DNA of 63,706 nt, filler included, from Reticulomyxa filosa (GCA_000512085.1; 26 parts of 26 records of this genome joined end to end with filler, not necessarily neighbours in it); one strand, 5' to 3'; counted from the whole stretch's first letter, positions 28,398-42,809 are shown. Numbers and translations: made by a program. The notes: a model not told the origin generated them from the sequence alone.

Positions 28398-29149
28398 TCA
28401 AAATCTTCGATCCTATCTCGACCGTAACTACAACCAAATAAATCTATCAAAAACGTCCTGATTTCTCTTTACCTGAATATTCAAGGATAATTCGCAATTG
28501 TAGGAAGCTTTTTCCCCCTTTGACGCGTTGCACAAACAATTGTGCGCAAACAAAGTTTGTGCTACCTCAGAGCAGATTCCTCAACACCCTGCTTTTTGTT
28601 CAACTGGAAGTTTCGTTCTTTTTTTACACTGCTGTTGTCTTGTATTACTCTGTGTAAAAAGTTTCTCTTAACTTTAAAATCCATTTGTATCAACAAATCT
28701 TTATTTGTTGACATGTTTTTTGTAATTATTTGTCTTTTCTACTGTTCTAGTAGTTGTCAGTCCGTCACGTTTTTGTTTTAACAAAAGTAAGGGGCTGTCA
28801 TTATTCTTTTGATAGATTAATTAACTTATTGTTCGTGCCCAGAAATGAATCCTCGAAACCCCTCGTTTGTCTTGAATCCAATGAACAACAAAATCGATCA
28901 AGAGTTAGAGTTTGACAGTGACGCAGACTCGCTGGCGCTACGAACAAGTACGCCGTCACTTGTGGCAGTAAATCCACAAAGCAAAGACGGTAGACAACTG
29001 AGCCAGTCGCAAGTGCAACTTCAGCCCTAAAAATTGTAGAGGTACAAAAACGTTCGTCGCTGTCCTTCTCTCACACATTCGATGATTATTCAAAAAATGA
29101 GACATGTTGCAAGTATTTTTCATTACGAAAAGGGTTACTTGCGTTATGC

Positions 29150-29572
29150 ATGTTGCTGTTGGTCGATACAATCATTGAATTTATCATATGTTTACTTTTT
29201 TCAATGGGAAAAGACAAAAAGATTGGTAATGGCTATGATATAAGCTCTGCCAATTTTGATGCTGGTCTTGTGATCCCATTTTTGTACGTAGCGTTTTTAC
29301 TTTGGATGGGAATTATTGGGATTATTGCCATTGGTCGAAACATCTTATTATTGGTCAGAATATTTTTATTTGGTTGTTTGGGTAACATTGTCATTCAATT
29401 AGTATTATCCGTTTGGATTTGTATCCTTTATGCACCAACAAACGAGGTCTATATGTTGGTGATTTTGGTTCTTGATGTTTTTATTACCATTTTGTTGTGG
29501 CTTTATCTTGCCAAGATCGTTCATAAGTATGAACGTCTGTTGAAACAGCATTACGTTGCTTTGGAACTTTAA
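29150..29572 (+). CDS. Small multi-pass membrane protein of unknown function
   Basis: About four hydrophobic segments in a 140-aa ORF; may have an upstream exon near 28845. Confidence 0.5.
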   Translation: MLLLVDTIIEFIICLLFSMGKDKKIGNGYDISSANFDAGLVIPFLYVAFLLWMGIIGIIAIGRNILLLVRIFLFGCLGNIVIQLVLSVWICILYAPTNEVYMLVILVLDVFITILLWLYLAKIVHKYERLLKQHYVALEL

Positions 29573-29916
29573 CACCAACACGATCAACCCAAAAAAGAAA
29601 ATTAAAATAATTTGTTTCACATCCCCTTTTTCCCGTCTTTTCAAATGACAAACAAAATTCACGGTTTTTCTACCGTTACTTGTAATTTTTTTTTTTTAAG
29701 TTGTCATTATTATTATCTTTTTTTTCTTAGTTGTTTGTTTTATTGTATCCCCTTATTTGTTGTGGTATTCACTTTTTTTTTCCTCCCTTTCGGAAGGTAA
29801 AGGTTGTTACGCTGCTCAGAACATCAAAACAGTTGAGAGAAGGAAAGTTTGCAGTACGCAAAAAGGGTTTCTTAAAAAAAAAAAAAGCAACCACTTTCAT
29901 AGAAAATCTGTTTAAC

Positions 29917-31720
29917 ATGTCCTCAGTTATCAATCCTGTGAAAGAAGGATTTCTGGAAAAAAAGAGTTTGAAATAGTTTATCTTCACTTGACTTTTTATT
30001 TACATATGAAGCAAGAAGCTTATCAAAACGGGTGACCACTGAAAAAATGATCTATCTATGTATGCATATGTGTATATATAGGCAGCATTTTTGAAAAATA
30101 TCGAAAAAAATGGATGGTATTAGCAGGGTCTAATTTATATAGTTTCAAAGACGATCATGTTGGTGCATTTTATTTTTTTTTTGGTCTTTGAAAACAGAAA
30201 ATACCAAAAAGGAAAAACAACAATAACTCGAAATGAGAAAAAAGATTAAATCAAGTGGCTTGTGTGTATGTGTGATTGTGATTGTATGAGAAAGAGTCGA
30301 GAACAGATAGATGAAGTGATCGATTTGACTCGATATGGGAACGTAAAAGAAGTGGAGAACGAATCGTCGAATCGCACAAGCATTGAATTTGAACTGTCGA
30401 TCTCAAATTCAAATGGGAAGGGGTCAAATTGCGAAAAATATTATTTCATGGCATCGAGTGCAATGGAGCGAAAAGATTGGACAAATCGTTTGAGACAGCA
30501 AATTGGCCAAAGCCAATCGAAAAAAGCAAAGAAAAAAAATAGCGACGGGTCGAATCGCCCGAGTTTGGTAGCAACGACGTCAGCCACATTGACCACATCG
30601 ACATCAATACCTTCAAATACTGCAAGTTTTGTTTCCAAGTGTATTTCACATTTTTTTTTTTTTTTTTTTAATAAAAAGGAATAATAATAATAATAATAAA
30701 TAAATAAAATTGAAAATGATGACAGAAAAGCAACAGGAGAAAATACAAAACGAAACAAAGAAAAAGGGGAACGACAACGACAACAGTGAAAAAAAAGGGG
30801 CAAAGGCGACGCCAGGTGGTGATGGCAAGGCTGTGAAATCTCACAAAAATAAGAAAAAACCAAAGGCGGGGGATAAAGCCCATGGCAATAGCGGCAATGC
30901 CGACGCCAATTTGGACATGACCAAATCTTTTACCGAAAAAAAAGAGGCGAAACGTCCGACACGCACTGTGCACAAAAAGGAAAGCAATGGGAACAATCTC
31001 AAAATTGCTGATGACAGTTCCATTGTGACCAGTTGTTCCAGTCAGAAAAAAAAGAAGAAAAAGAAGTTGTCGTCCAAATCTGAAAAGGACTGTGAATCGT
31101 TTGACCCTCCTGCCATTGATTTAGCACCTGCATCATTCAAGTTTGTTTATTTGTTTTTAAAAATAAAAAAAATTGTATTTTGTATTTAAAAAGAAATAAA
31201 CACATAAAAGTGCTAATATAAAAAAAAAAAAAATGATATTCCAAATAAACGTACATGTGCATATAAAGACCTAATCATCTCAAAAAAATCAATACACACT
31301 TGTCGTTTTCATTGGCCAATCATGCGGCAATGGCAGGCAAGCCGTCGAAACCTATCAAACATGCCACGGCACATAGTGAAGAAGGCAATGACAACGATGA
31401 AAGCGAGGATGAACGGAGAGCATCGGAACGTCTGTCATCGAAATCCGAAAAAGCCCCCGTGCTCAAGTCTGTGGCTGGCAGGCTCCAATCTTCCTCCTCT
31501 TCCTTCACTTTGACTGTCTCGTCCAAATGTACTGACAAGGAGGGACTCGCGCTGCCAACCGCTTCGCCTGTGTCCACATTACAACCCAAAGGCCTTCCTG
31601 CAAAGTTTGAAAAATATCGCTCCAAAAGCATCACCATTCAGTCCCCGAAAACACCCCAAAAAAATAACTCCAATTCCCAACTTCCAAAAAGTGAAGATTC
31701 GAATGTTAATCCAATGTCCA
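29917..31720 (+). CDS. PH-domain protein with Lys/Ser-rich disordered tail (multi-exon, 3' truncated)
   Basis: Spliced: KEGFLEKK..KYRKKWMVLAGSNLYSFKD..EVIDL..YYFMASSAMERKDWTNRL. Confidence 0.8.
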
Positions 31721-31734
31721 TGTGTGTATCTCTT

Positions 31735-31774
<40 letters not shown>

Positions 31775-33386
31775 NNNNNNNNNNNNNNNNNNNNNNNNNN
31801 NNNNNNNNNNNNNNNNNNTTAATTAATTAANNNNNNNNNNNNNNNNNNNNNNNNNNNNNNNNNNNNNNNNNNNNTTTTTAAAATCTTTATCTCGCTCATT
31901 ACTGGCTCATTCTTCAATATTCATACCACGTTAGGCACATCAAATGTTACTTACGTTTCAGGAGGAAAATTTAGTTTGCCAAAAAAACTGATGAAAACGC
32001 GAAACATTAAAAGTTATTTTTTTTTGTTTGTGGGAGTATGTTGCCGATGAAATATTACACTAAATGTAATACGAAAGGTTAACTAGCTCTTTTGAGCAAG
32101 TATCAACGAAAAAAGATTAAATAAAGAAAAGGAAAACAAATGTGTGGAAATGAGTACACCGAAACACCAGATTAAAACGAGAAAAGAAAACACTGGTGAG
32201 CGAAAAGTGTTAGGAAAAGTTTAACCCACCGGGAGCTCGTCAGCCCCTTTAACGGTTCTCTATATAGTAGGAGCTTTTCCTACATGTTCAATGTTTTCGT
32301 CAAGTTTTTTTGTCTAAATTTTAAATTGGCATTTGTTTTTTTTTAGATTTTCATTTGATAAATTTATCCCAGTGATTCGTGGAGAATATTACAAGTGTTG
32401 AAGTGTTACTACTACTTTACTATAGTTTTATGATATAAGAACAAGATACTTGAAATTTGAAAATTATCTTAAAAGTATATACATTGTATTCTTTTGCACT
32501 GAAGATGAATTTAGTATGAGAAAAATTACAGCTTCACTCAGTCAATTAACGAATAGATAGCTTTTTAAAATGAAATTTTGATATTATACTTAAAATTGCT
32601 GTTTAGTGATTATTGAATTGTGTTATTTGTAAGTTGAACATTTAAGTAAATATTTTTTGATCATGCAAACAAAAACATCTTTTGAGATGATCATTTCATA
32701 ATATAACATTTTAGGCGTCCAGTTTTTTCTGTAATCTACTACAATTCAAACTGAAAAATGACTCACTCCCTTTTTTTTTGTTGCTTTTTCAGAGCTGTTG
32801 TTTATTGAATGCATTAGATCTATAAATAACAATCATTTCAACAGTTGGGGTAAGTTTCTCTTATGTTTCGTTTTCCATCTAAATTGTGTTTATTTTGTAT
32901 ATCGGTTATGTTTGCTAGTTACACTTATCATAGCTAAACTTGTACATGTTCCTTGTGATGTTTTTGCAAAATATTATGTATAAAACTGTAGTAATTTTTT
33001 GTGACTTGTTTTTTTATTTAATTTGTATGGAGATTCTTTTATTGAAACCATTTCAGTAACAAGCTCTTTCGTATTACATTTAAGTCATCAAAACTCTTCA
33101 CAAAACTTAAATTTGCTATCAATTATGCAAGAAATACGAGAATACAAGCATAACAACTAACACGATAATATCTTAAAACTTTTTGTAACAACACTGCAAA
33201 ATTGTCTCATTTAAGAAAAATATATGAACAAATAAAATGTAAATTAAATATTATTCTTTATACTTTTCTACCTTCAATTGATGAAATATATCAAATTCTT
33301 ACTTGTTTTGTTCAAGATATTTGTATTCTCTGAGTAATAAATACTCAAGTCCTTTTTTTTTTGCTAAGAAGGAGATTAACAACATA

Positions 33387-33691
33387 ATGGGTGCTTGTTT
33401 TGGAAATACAGCACCAGTTCCAGATACCACTGGAGAAAGTGCCTTCAAATCATATTTAGCAGCAAGGGAATCAAAAGTTACATTGAAGAATTCACATGAA
33501 AAACAAAAAACAGCAAAAGAAAAGAGGACATAATATTGCAAAACTGTACACACAAAAGAATGGTTCTGAAGTTGGGCTTCCACCGGAGAATAAAACAAAT
33601 CAAGAAAAAACATCATCGGACGATAAGACACTCGCGTACAAATCTTCTTACGCATCTCGAACAGGATCCGGGAAGGTACAAGCCCAAGGAG
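33387..33691 (+). CDS. Small protein with putative N-terminal acylation motif (MGACFG), frameshift in poly-A
   Basis: MGxC start typical of myristoylation/palmitoylation; continues in ORF 33496 to a GTATAG donor. Confidence 0.35.
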
Positions 33692-34025
33692 GTATAGTCT
33701 ACTATGTTACTCTTACTAGTTTTTTTTTGGCAACTGTAAAAGGAGGGTGCAGCAAGGTGTTCATTACATATTTTGTTGTGTCAGCAAATGAGTCACAATG
33801 ATGCATTTTTTTTGGTGTTTTGTTCTGTTTTGATGATGTTGGTGAAATTAGCTACTGAAAATGCAAACCGAACAGATGCGAAGTTGAATTAATTTTTTTT
33901 TGTTTTTGGATATATATATATATATNNNNNNNNNNNNNNNNNNNNNNNNNNNNNNNNNNNNNNNNNNNNTTAATTAATTAANNNNNNNNNNNNNNNNNNN
34001 NNNNNNNNNNNNNNNNNNNNNNNNN

Positions 34026-34988
34026 AGCGTCTTACAGAACAAGGAGATCTCTGCAGTGAAGAACAATGAGCTGAATGGCAATACGATTAATAATAATAAT
34101 AATAATAATAATAGTATATTTGATGATGACCTGTTTGCAGATCTTCCAAAGGAACCTATTATCCCGGCGAACAACAAGGCTAGTGACACCGTGGGCGAGA
34201 CAAAAGAATGGGAGGAGGTGACGGTAGAATACGAAAGCGAGGTGGAGGAAAAGTTTGGACAAGAGTTCGAACAGGACGTTTGGTACTTGGGTCCTGATGA
34301 CAAGGACAAATATGATCCTTTGTTCAAACAGGCCGATTTGAACCAAGATGGCATCATCGATGGCAATGAGGCCCATCGCTTCTTTGGCAAGTCCAAATTG
34401 GACAGACAGATGCTCGGACAGATTTGGAGCGTTGTCGACTTCGAAAAACGTGGACACTTGGTTCGCGAACAGTTCTATGCTATGTTCCATATCATTCTGA
34501 AAATCATGAAAAATGATACCAAACCCCCGGCTGTTCTCCCCGCTTGCTTGTATCCTGATATCATTCGACAAATCGGAACCACTGTCAAAAAGCGCGTCAA
34601 AAAAACAAAAACTGAAAAAAAACTGAGCCAAAAGCCTGTTGCACAAACTGTCCAACCTATTGCTCAACCCGTCCAACCTATTGCCCAACCCCTTTCTCAA
34701 CCATCTGTTGTTCAACCTGTTGATGACTTTGATTTTCCAGGTTTGTCATTATATACATTTATATTTATTTATTTATTTTTTATGTCCCATTGTGATGGTT
34801 ACGTATATACATGTGTATATGTACGTATATATGATGTGTGCATATGAATATTCGCATTGATCCAATTTATAGGTTCCACCGACTGGGATGACAGTTCTCA
34901 GGTGACAAAAGAACCACCCAAACCTGCTGAGCCAACTACCACAGCTCCTGGAGAACAGGTTGATGACTGGGCCAATTTTGATTTTTAA
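34026..34988 (+). CDS. EH (Eps15-homology) domain endocytic adaptor, 5' truncated, intron 34741-34872
   Basis: KYDPLFKQADLNQDGIIDGNEA..FGKSKL...LGQIWSVVD..GHL..EQFYAMFH; C-terminal acidic DDFDF, DWDD, DDWANFDF*. Confidence 0.88.
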
Positions 34989-37900
34989 TAGCTGAAGAAG
35001 AAAAAGGCCATTTTTCCACTGAGAGAGGAGAAAAAAAAAAAAAACTACTACAAAAAAAAAAATTTGTACATTCAAGTTGTGCTCAATTTTTTTAGACTTT
35101 TGTTTTGTTTCGTCTGTTTTGTTGTTACTTTCCAATTTTTGCTGGGTTGTTTAGGCAAACCTCCTGTGCACACTACAAATGGGGAGCTTGTAAAGGCTTT
35201 GAAACTCACTACTACTTTAGACACACATACACCATCCTTGGTTTTTTTCAATATCATTGGGTGGGTTTTTGGAAAGAATTGTTGATTAAAATACTGTCGT
35301 ACTTTTGGTCTCGAAAACTTTAATAGAAAAAATTAATTTGGATTTGAAAAATCAAACTGTCAATTTATATATTTTTTAAACATTTATGAAGCAGAAAACC
35401 AAGTAAGGAGTGTGATGTTAGAAGTTTAGTTGAAATAAGGTCGTTAAGAGGGGTTCTTTACGCTAATTCAGGTTAGTTATAAAACACATTATCTATCTAC
35501 TATATTATATGACAATCACAGAGACATTTTGTTAGCAATTAGCTGGTCTGAAAGATAATAGGAAAAACTGTGGAAAGAAGAACATGGAAAAAAAGTTGGA
35601 AGAAAAGAAAGTAGAGAAAGAGGAGGATGTGTTACGTAAGAAGGAACGGAAGGGATCGATAGTGGACAATTTCGTCGAGATGATAAAAAAGGAGAGTGCG
35701 CAGCACAGTATAGAAAAGGAGTTATTGGTGAGTGTGTGGCGAATTTTCTATAAGGAGATTGAGAGTTGTCGTCAAAATGTGCGTAAAAAAGATGGCAACG
35801 CCAAAGCAGCATTGGAGCGGATGGCGGATTGTATATCTAAAGCAAAGCAAGTGTATGAAGAGATGATTGAAGTGCATATGAAACGAGCCAAGTTATTGCT
35901 TTGTATTGACAGCAACAGCAACAGCAACAGCAACAGNNNNNNNNNNNNNNNNNNNNNNNNNNNNNNNNNNNNNNNNNNNNTTAATTAATTAANNNNNNNN
36001 NNNNNNNNNNNNNNNNNNNNNNNNNNNNNNNNNNNNTTTAATATTTCAATTATTAAATAATAGAACTAACCTGTTTTGTCTTGTATTGATTATATTTTAA
36101 ACCATGATATTTCTTATTTTGACAGATAATCAAATTTTTCAAATTTACTTTATTAGGAAGGAATTCAAAAGAATTACATTCAAATTTTGTCTTTCCATAT
36201 AAAAAAGAACTGTATCATTGCAGTTTCCAAATTTATAATATTTTATATTTTAACTGTTCATGCAATATTATTATTGCGTGCCTTTTTAATAATAAAAAAA
36301 TTATTAGAGAAGGTTTCAAATTTCTCAGACAAATGCATTCAAATAAATATTAAACGCAAAACTTTTGAGCAAACTAAAAATGCTTGCTACAATATTCTCT
36401 CCCTTTCATTACAGTCCAAGTGTCACAACTTTGACAAACACATAAACAAGACCGCCACAGTTTTAAAATTGAAACAACAAATACAGTAAAAAAAAATCAT
36501 GGATAAAACTATTCTTTTCTTAAACTTCGATATGGAAATACTTTGTATACAAATTTTTTTTCAAAAAAATATGTTTGCAATCAAGTATGGAATAAATTTG
36601 AAAGGACAACAAGAGTTCTTCTTTCCAGCTTTTAAACCTTTGTTTAGTTTTTGTTGAGAACATCTTTCAGGAGGCCTTTCAAGAGTTGCCACATTTGAAC
36701 AAAAACTTTGTGGCTACTCAACATGTGCTGTTAAAAGACGAAATTCTTATTTTCGGAGGCGAAAACAACAACGAGTGTTATTCGTGTCACATTGAAAAAA
36801 AGAAGAGTTTCTTGAACGACGTGGAAAATTTGCAATCGAAATGACATATTAAAAAGTAACAAGAGCCAAATTAAAAATTTTATTGAGATGCAATCACTTA
36901 TAACTGCGAATCAATTGTGTCCAAATTCACAAACTTGCTAATGCTTCAGCTCTCTTTGAAAATGGAGAGTTGAAATTGATACCAAACCTTGCTTTGTGAC
37001 ACAAGATTAAATTTTTAAAGTCAAAGCAGTAACCACATTGACAGGTGGTCTCACAAAATGTTAGTTGTTAAATTTGCGGTCCACTAATTATTGCATTGAA
37101 AATAGTGCCAGTTTCATTCAAAAATGTGAATGTTACACGGTTTGATTTTGTTTGGTTTCGATCAAGTGTTAAAAAGCGACAAAGCAACTTATTTGATCTA
37201 TAGTATGAAATAAAATATTGCATTTGCTTTTTTTTTCATTTCAAATGGTGTAATTAAAAATTATCTCTACTTAATTAAAAAAAAGTCAAAGAATGCACTC
37301 TGAATTGTCTTTAGTGCCACTCTTTTTATCAAAAACGTAAGGTGTACAATTTTAATCATAAAGTAAATGTTTTTCTTCACGCAATCTGACAATGACAAAG
37401 CCACAAATGGTAACACATATATTCAATCCAAGACAAAACTTGAAAACAAAAAACGAAAATCATTTCGAATTTTGAAAAAATTGTTGGATTTTTTGTCGCA
37501 AAGCATGATCAGGATAAAGTTCTAACTTTCCATCAATCATCAAAGAATAATAATCTGGAATATTTTGATATTGATCCATAATTGATGATCGATCATATGT
37601 TANNNNNNNNNNNNNNNNNNNNNNNNNNNNNNNNNNNNNNNNNNNNTTAATTAATTAANNNNNNNNNNNNNNNNNNNNNNNNNNNNNNNNNNNNNNNNNN
37701 NNTTTTTTGATTGTAAAGTTTTTTTGCTTTTATCAAACATTTTTTTCAAGCTTTGACTTGGATTGAATTAACATGTTGTATTTCAAAGGCAAAAGTATTA
37801 TTGCATGTGTCAATTGACATTTATATTTGAAATTCGAATTATTATTTTAATTTTGTTGTTGCTAATTCAAGACATTCAAATTGTTTTCATTATTCTGAAT

Positions 37901-38907
37901 TCCTTTCTTTATTCATTCAAAATTAGAAAAATGTAATAGTCGGTAATTTATTTTAACTGTTTACTAAATATGAAATTAAATTTAGATGGATTAAAGATAA
38001 TTGTGAAATAGATATATTTTTCTTTTCTTTTTAACAACAAATGATAATATCACTTTGATGATTGCAAAAAATTTTGAATTTTTTGTTGCAAAAGAGAATC
38101 AGGAAAAAGATTTAACTCTCCATCAATTGTTAAAGAAGAATGCGGAAGATTAATCATGATTAATAATTAATGATCGATCACAAGTAATAATCCAAAACAG
38201 TAACAAGATCAATTATTACATGTTTGGATAAATATTCTTTTGGAAGTTTGACATAACAGATTCATCTTGGATTTTTGCATTTCAGAGTATAACAAATGAA
38301 AATATCAATTTCTTGTGAATCCCATTTGTGTCATTTTTGTTGCAATTCCTTCCAATGTTCATGAGTCCATTTTTGATTGTCTTGTGTCAATTTTTGTAAA
38401 TTTACCAAAACCTTTGATGAGTGTATCATTATATGCAATTAATTCTTTTGCGTGGTATTGACATCAATTTATACAATTCAAACTGACTCGATTTTTTTCT
38501 ATTAATAAAAAACTTTGATTGATGAAATACAATTTGATCGAATAAAATCATTATTTCTGAACTGCTCAAAACTCCAAATGTCATCCCAATTCATTTCATT
38601 CAATTTCGCTCTTTTTTCTTCATTCCATTCTTTCAATTGTTTGTTCAATGATTCCACTCATATTTTTCTGCTTTCCCATTCTGGTGGGATATTAAAATTC
38701 TTTTAATTCTCTCCTTTTTAATTGGAATTACATATAATTAAATTCTTGTTGTCACTTTTTTTAATGAATTTGTATTCTTTTTTCAGAGTGTGATACGAAT
38801 AACAGTCNNNNNNNNNNNNNNNNNNNNNNNNNNNNNNNNNNNNNNNNNNNNTTAATTAATTAANNNNNNNNNNNNNNNNNNNNNNNNNNNNNNNNNNNNN
38901 NNNNNNN

Positions 38908-38947
<40 letters not shown>

Positions 38948-38954
38948 ATTTGAA

Positions 38955-40004
38955 ATGGGTAATTTTTTACATTGTCAAAAGTTGCGAATGGACATAACGG
39001 CAGACGCCTGGATAAATCAAGAAGAGTTTAAGAAGAAAGATAAAGAGTGGCTCCAAGTGACGCCAACGACAGTGAGTGCAAAAGATGGAGGGTGTATCCC
39101 AACGTACTACGAAGATCAAAAACAATTGAAGCTAATCCAACAGTATTCCACAGTGAACCAGCAAAAACGCTATCAAATCATCAAATTGAGCCATCTCGAC
39201 TTAGACCCGTATTACTTGTTGGATGCCGCCAGTATACGTGTCGCGAGGATCTTGCACGTGACAAACCGCACGGATGGGCTCTATTTGGACATGTGCAGTA
39301 GTCCCGGTGGAAAAGCTCTGGTTATTGCCGGCGGCATGTTGAAGGATGGACATAGATACAAAGTTGGAGTCGATGCGAAAGATAGAGCCAGTGATCATGA
39401 TGCGACCAGAAACAGAGGAGGCAGAGAAAAAGAAGAGAGTGAAGAAAGCACTCTTTCCTATTGTAATTATGATAACAATACCAAACTTGTTTGTAATGAG
39501 TTCTCAATTAAACGAATCAAAAATTTAAAAGAGGTTTTGCGTTGTTTCGTTCCTCAAAACACCCTCGATAAACATTTGATTGTTACAAATTTCGATGCCA
39601 AAGTTTGGGGATTGGCGGAACAGTCCAAGTATGACGCCATTTTGTTAGATGTGCCTTGCACTGGGGAGAGGCACTTACTGAAAGAAAAAAAGCTAATTCA
39701 ACAGTGGTCTTTGCAACGATGTTTGGAGAATAGTAAGGCACAGTTTAATTTGTTACGAAGTGCTTTGCAATGTGTGAAAATTGGAGGACACGTTGTTTAT
39801 GCTACTTGTGCACTCAGCGACGTTGAAAATGATGGAGTCATTGCACAAGTACTCAAAAAATATCACCGAAATTACCAGGTCGCAGATTTACATCTGCGAC
39901 CACCTTTTGAAAAAACTGAATACGGCTGGCGTGTGTTGCCAGATATGTCTCCTACTTATTCTGAAGGGCCTCTCTATGTGTGCAAGATTGACAGGCACAA
40001 CTGA
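38955..40004 (+). CDS. NOL1/NOP2/Sun (NSUN3/4-like) RNA m5C methyltransferase
   Basis: YYLLDAAS, LDMCSSPGGK, ILLDVPCTGE (motif IV), VVYATCAL..ENDGVI (motif VI). Confidence 0.9.
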   Translation: MGNFLHCQKLRMDITADAWINQEEFKKKDKEWLQVTPTTVSAKDGGCIPTYYEDQKQLKLIQQYSTVNQQKRYQIIKLSHLDLDPYYLLDAASIRVARILHVTNRTDGLYLDMCSSPGGKALVIAGGMLKDGHRYKVGVDAKDRASDHDATRNRGGREKEESEESTLSYCNYDNNTKLVCNEFSIKRIKNLKEVLRCFVPQNTLDKHLIVTNFDAKVWGLAEQSKYDAILLDVPCTGERHLLKEKKLIQQWSLQRCLENSKAQFNLLRSALQCVKIGGHVVYATCALSDVENDGVIAQVLKKYHRNYQVADLHLRPPFEKTEYGWRVLPDMSPTYSEGPLYVCKIDRHN

Positions 40005-41575
40005 TTTTTTTTTTTAANNNNNNNNNNNNNNNNNNNNNNNNNNNNNNNNNNNNNNNNNNNNTTAATTAATTAANNNNNNNNNNNNNNNNNNNNNNNNNNN
40101 NNNNNNNNNNNNNNNNNAAAAAAAAAAAAAAAAAACAAAAAAAAAAAGGGGGAAAAAAAATTCTTCATACTTTCTGCCAAAACAAAGTGACTCCAAAAAT
40201 AAGTAAATAAATAAATAATAAATAAAAAAAAAAAAAAAGAGGCAGCTGACTTGTAAACAGAATTTATGTAAAACAAAGCTTTTTCCTCATGTTGCTTTGG
40301 CTATGTTTTATTCGTTGCATCTTTTTTTCTTTTTTTCCCCCACTTGTTTTTTGATCGTTATTCTGATCTTTGTTCTGTTCTTTTACGTGTGTGTGTGGCG
40401 TACTTTTTCCGATTTGACAAGAACCCTCATTTCCACTGGCTTTCATTTTGATTTGCAAATTCAAAAAAAAAAAAAGTAGCATCTCAAAGAAATGTTTAAG
40501 AATTTTGCTCAAAATTAAGTTGGATTTATCTCAAAAAAATAAAATATACAATCCAATTTTGGGGTATTCAGTCAAATAAAAATGGATTATATACAATCAA
40601 AGAATAAAAACGCAGTGAAATAATATGTCTTAAATTTCTGCAAAAAATAGAAAAAGCAATAATAGTTGCAATTGTTCAAAATTGATTTTGACAGTAATTA
40701 GAAATCAGTCTTGATCAAGTCTTTTCTATTATTTTTAATTTGGATATTTTTTTTGCATAAGAACATTTATGGAAATTAATTTGTATTCAAGTGCTTGTAA
40801 CATTGGTGCATCTTCTTCTAATTCCTGTTTTCTTGATTTTTTCAATATCGATATGACATTAGTACCACTTGCCGGATTCGTTCATCCATAATATATCACT
40901 TGAAATATTCAAATAAAATTAATAAGTAGCCTTTCCTTTGGATTGAATTCACAAAGCTGATCATAAATAAATTGTTTTATTGCAAGGAAGACAAATGTGT
41001 AAGATCTAATAAAAAATTCACAGACATAAGTAAAATTATATGCTATTCTATACTGAATATTTTAATTTGAAAATTTTTGCATTGTAGAATTGTTGTTACT
41101 GACTATTGTGATGCACAAATATTTTACAAAACATAACATTTCTTTTTCATCTAATTTGGTTAAACTTTTAATATATCTTTTTTAGTTCTTATTTGGAGCA
41201 ATATTTAAACCATTACATTGAAAATATGCAACTAAATATGAATGCATCAAATCACTTCTATTTTTTGGATAAAAAGTATTTAATAATATCGTTTTCATCC
41301 ATCAACTATTCACTCTCACCAAAATAAAAAACATCTTTACATAAACATAAACGAAGACAATAATCACTATAACTAACTCCAAATTCAACAAAAAAAAATC
41401 AAAAAATCACGAACAAATAAAAAATAAAAAAAAAATAAACAATGAGCCAGGCGGCACGGAGTGCCGCATGGCCCANNNNNNNNNNNNNNNNNNNNNNNNN
41501 NNNNNNNNNNNNNNNNNNNTTAATTAATTAANNNNNNNNNNNNNNNNNNNNNNNNNNNNNNNNNNNNNNNNNNNN

Positions 41576-41915
41576 CAACAACAACATAGAGAGCAACGAG
41601 AACGCAACAACAATAACAACACAACGACAAGACAAATACAACAACAGAGAGAACGACAACTCCAACAGCAACAGCAACTGCAACAGCAACTGCAGCAGCA
41701 ACAAGAGCAACAACAACATCAACAACAAGAATTACGACGAGAAAAACAAAGACGACAGCAACAACAACAGCAACAACAATTAATATGGCCACAGCCACGG
41801 TCACGGCCAAATCAACAACAACAAAAGCAGCATTGGCTGTCACAACAGGAATTGTTGCCAATGCAACAACAACAACAACAACGGCGAAAACTACAAGAGC
41901 AACAGCAACAGCAGC
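41576..41915. repeat. CAA/CAG-rich low-complexity microsatellite region
   Basis: Imperfect (CAA/GCA/ACA)n run. Confidence 0.85.
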
Positions 41916-42128
41916 AAAGTATGTTAAAAAAAGATATAGAGATAAATTGTAATTGAATTTTTTGTGTGTGTATGTGTGTATTTGTTTTTTTTATTTATAG
42001 AAATGGCGCAATGGTTGGTGCAGTTGCAAATCATTTTTGCAATCATTTTTTATTTGGTGGTGATGTTGGTGGCAATTTATGTTGGTTATATAGTTATAAC
42101 TAACATAAATAATTGGTGGCAATCAGTG

Positions 42129-42212
42129 CCAAATGAAAATTGGAGTTGCTGTGGGCGCATATACGCCCCAAATGAAAATTGGAGTCGCTGTGGGCGCATA
42201 TACGGCCCAAAT
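42129..42212 (+). repeat. 39-bp tandem duplication (2 copies plus a partial)
   Basis: CCAAATGAAAATTGGAGT(T/C)GCTGTGGGCGCATATACG.. repeated; encodes PNENWSxCGRIY. Confidence 0.9.
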
Positions 42213-42809
42213 GGCGACGAATCAAATCTCAAAGCATTCTACAAGTATTGGCTGGATTTTATGCATCAAACGTTTGGATTAGCCATGGGAAAATTAAACA
42301 AAATACAAACACCTTCATTAACGCTGCTGCAATAACAAATATCCGTTTGATGGATAAGACATCAAAAGAAGCATCGAAAGTTTATCGCACCTGAACATAG
42401 TCGAAACATGCATAGACACAAATACAAAAAAAAATGACACTGCAGGTAATGGACAGTTTACGTATGCATTATGGAATTTATTTAGAACAAGATGATACCA
42501 GCATTTAAAAATCAAACAATTAATGCGATAATAATGGACAATGTTTTTAAAGAATTATCCACATCGTCATTATTCTTTCATCAAATAATAAAACAACAAC
42601 AATGATTGGAAATTGGTATAGTGATAAAAATTATAAAGATAATAATGCATCACTATTTTTAATTTAATTAACTGCAAATGGAAATCCAGTGACATTTTTA
42701 TTAAATAATNNNNNNNNNNNNNNNNNNNNNNNNNNNNNNNNNNNNNNNNNNNNTTAATTAATTAANNNNNNNNNNNNNNNNNNNNNNNNNNNNNNNNNNN
42801 NNNNNNNNN

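Noticed and set aside
41443-41475. GC-rich hairpin GCGGCAC-GGA-GTGCCGC at a contig end
   Set aside because: Single occurrence at a low-quality contig edge; cannot distinguish an adaptor or chimeric read from a real element.
42129-42212. 39-bp direct repeats as a mini-CRISPR
   Set aside because: The copies are adjacent with no spacers, in frame within an ORF, and there are no cas genes.
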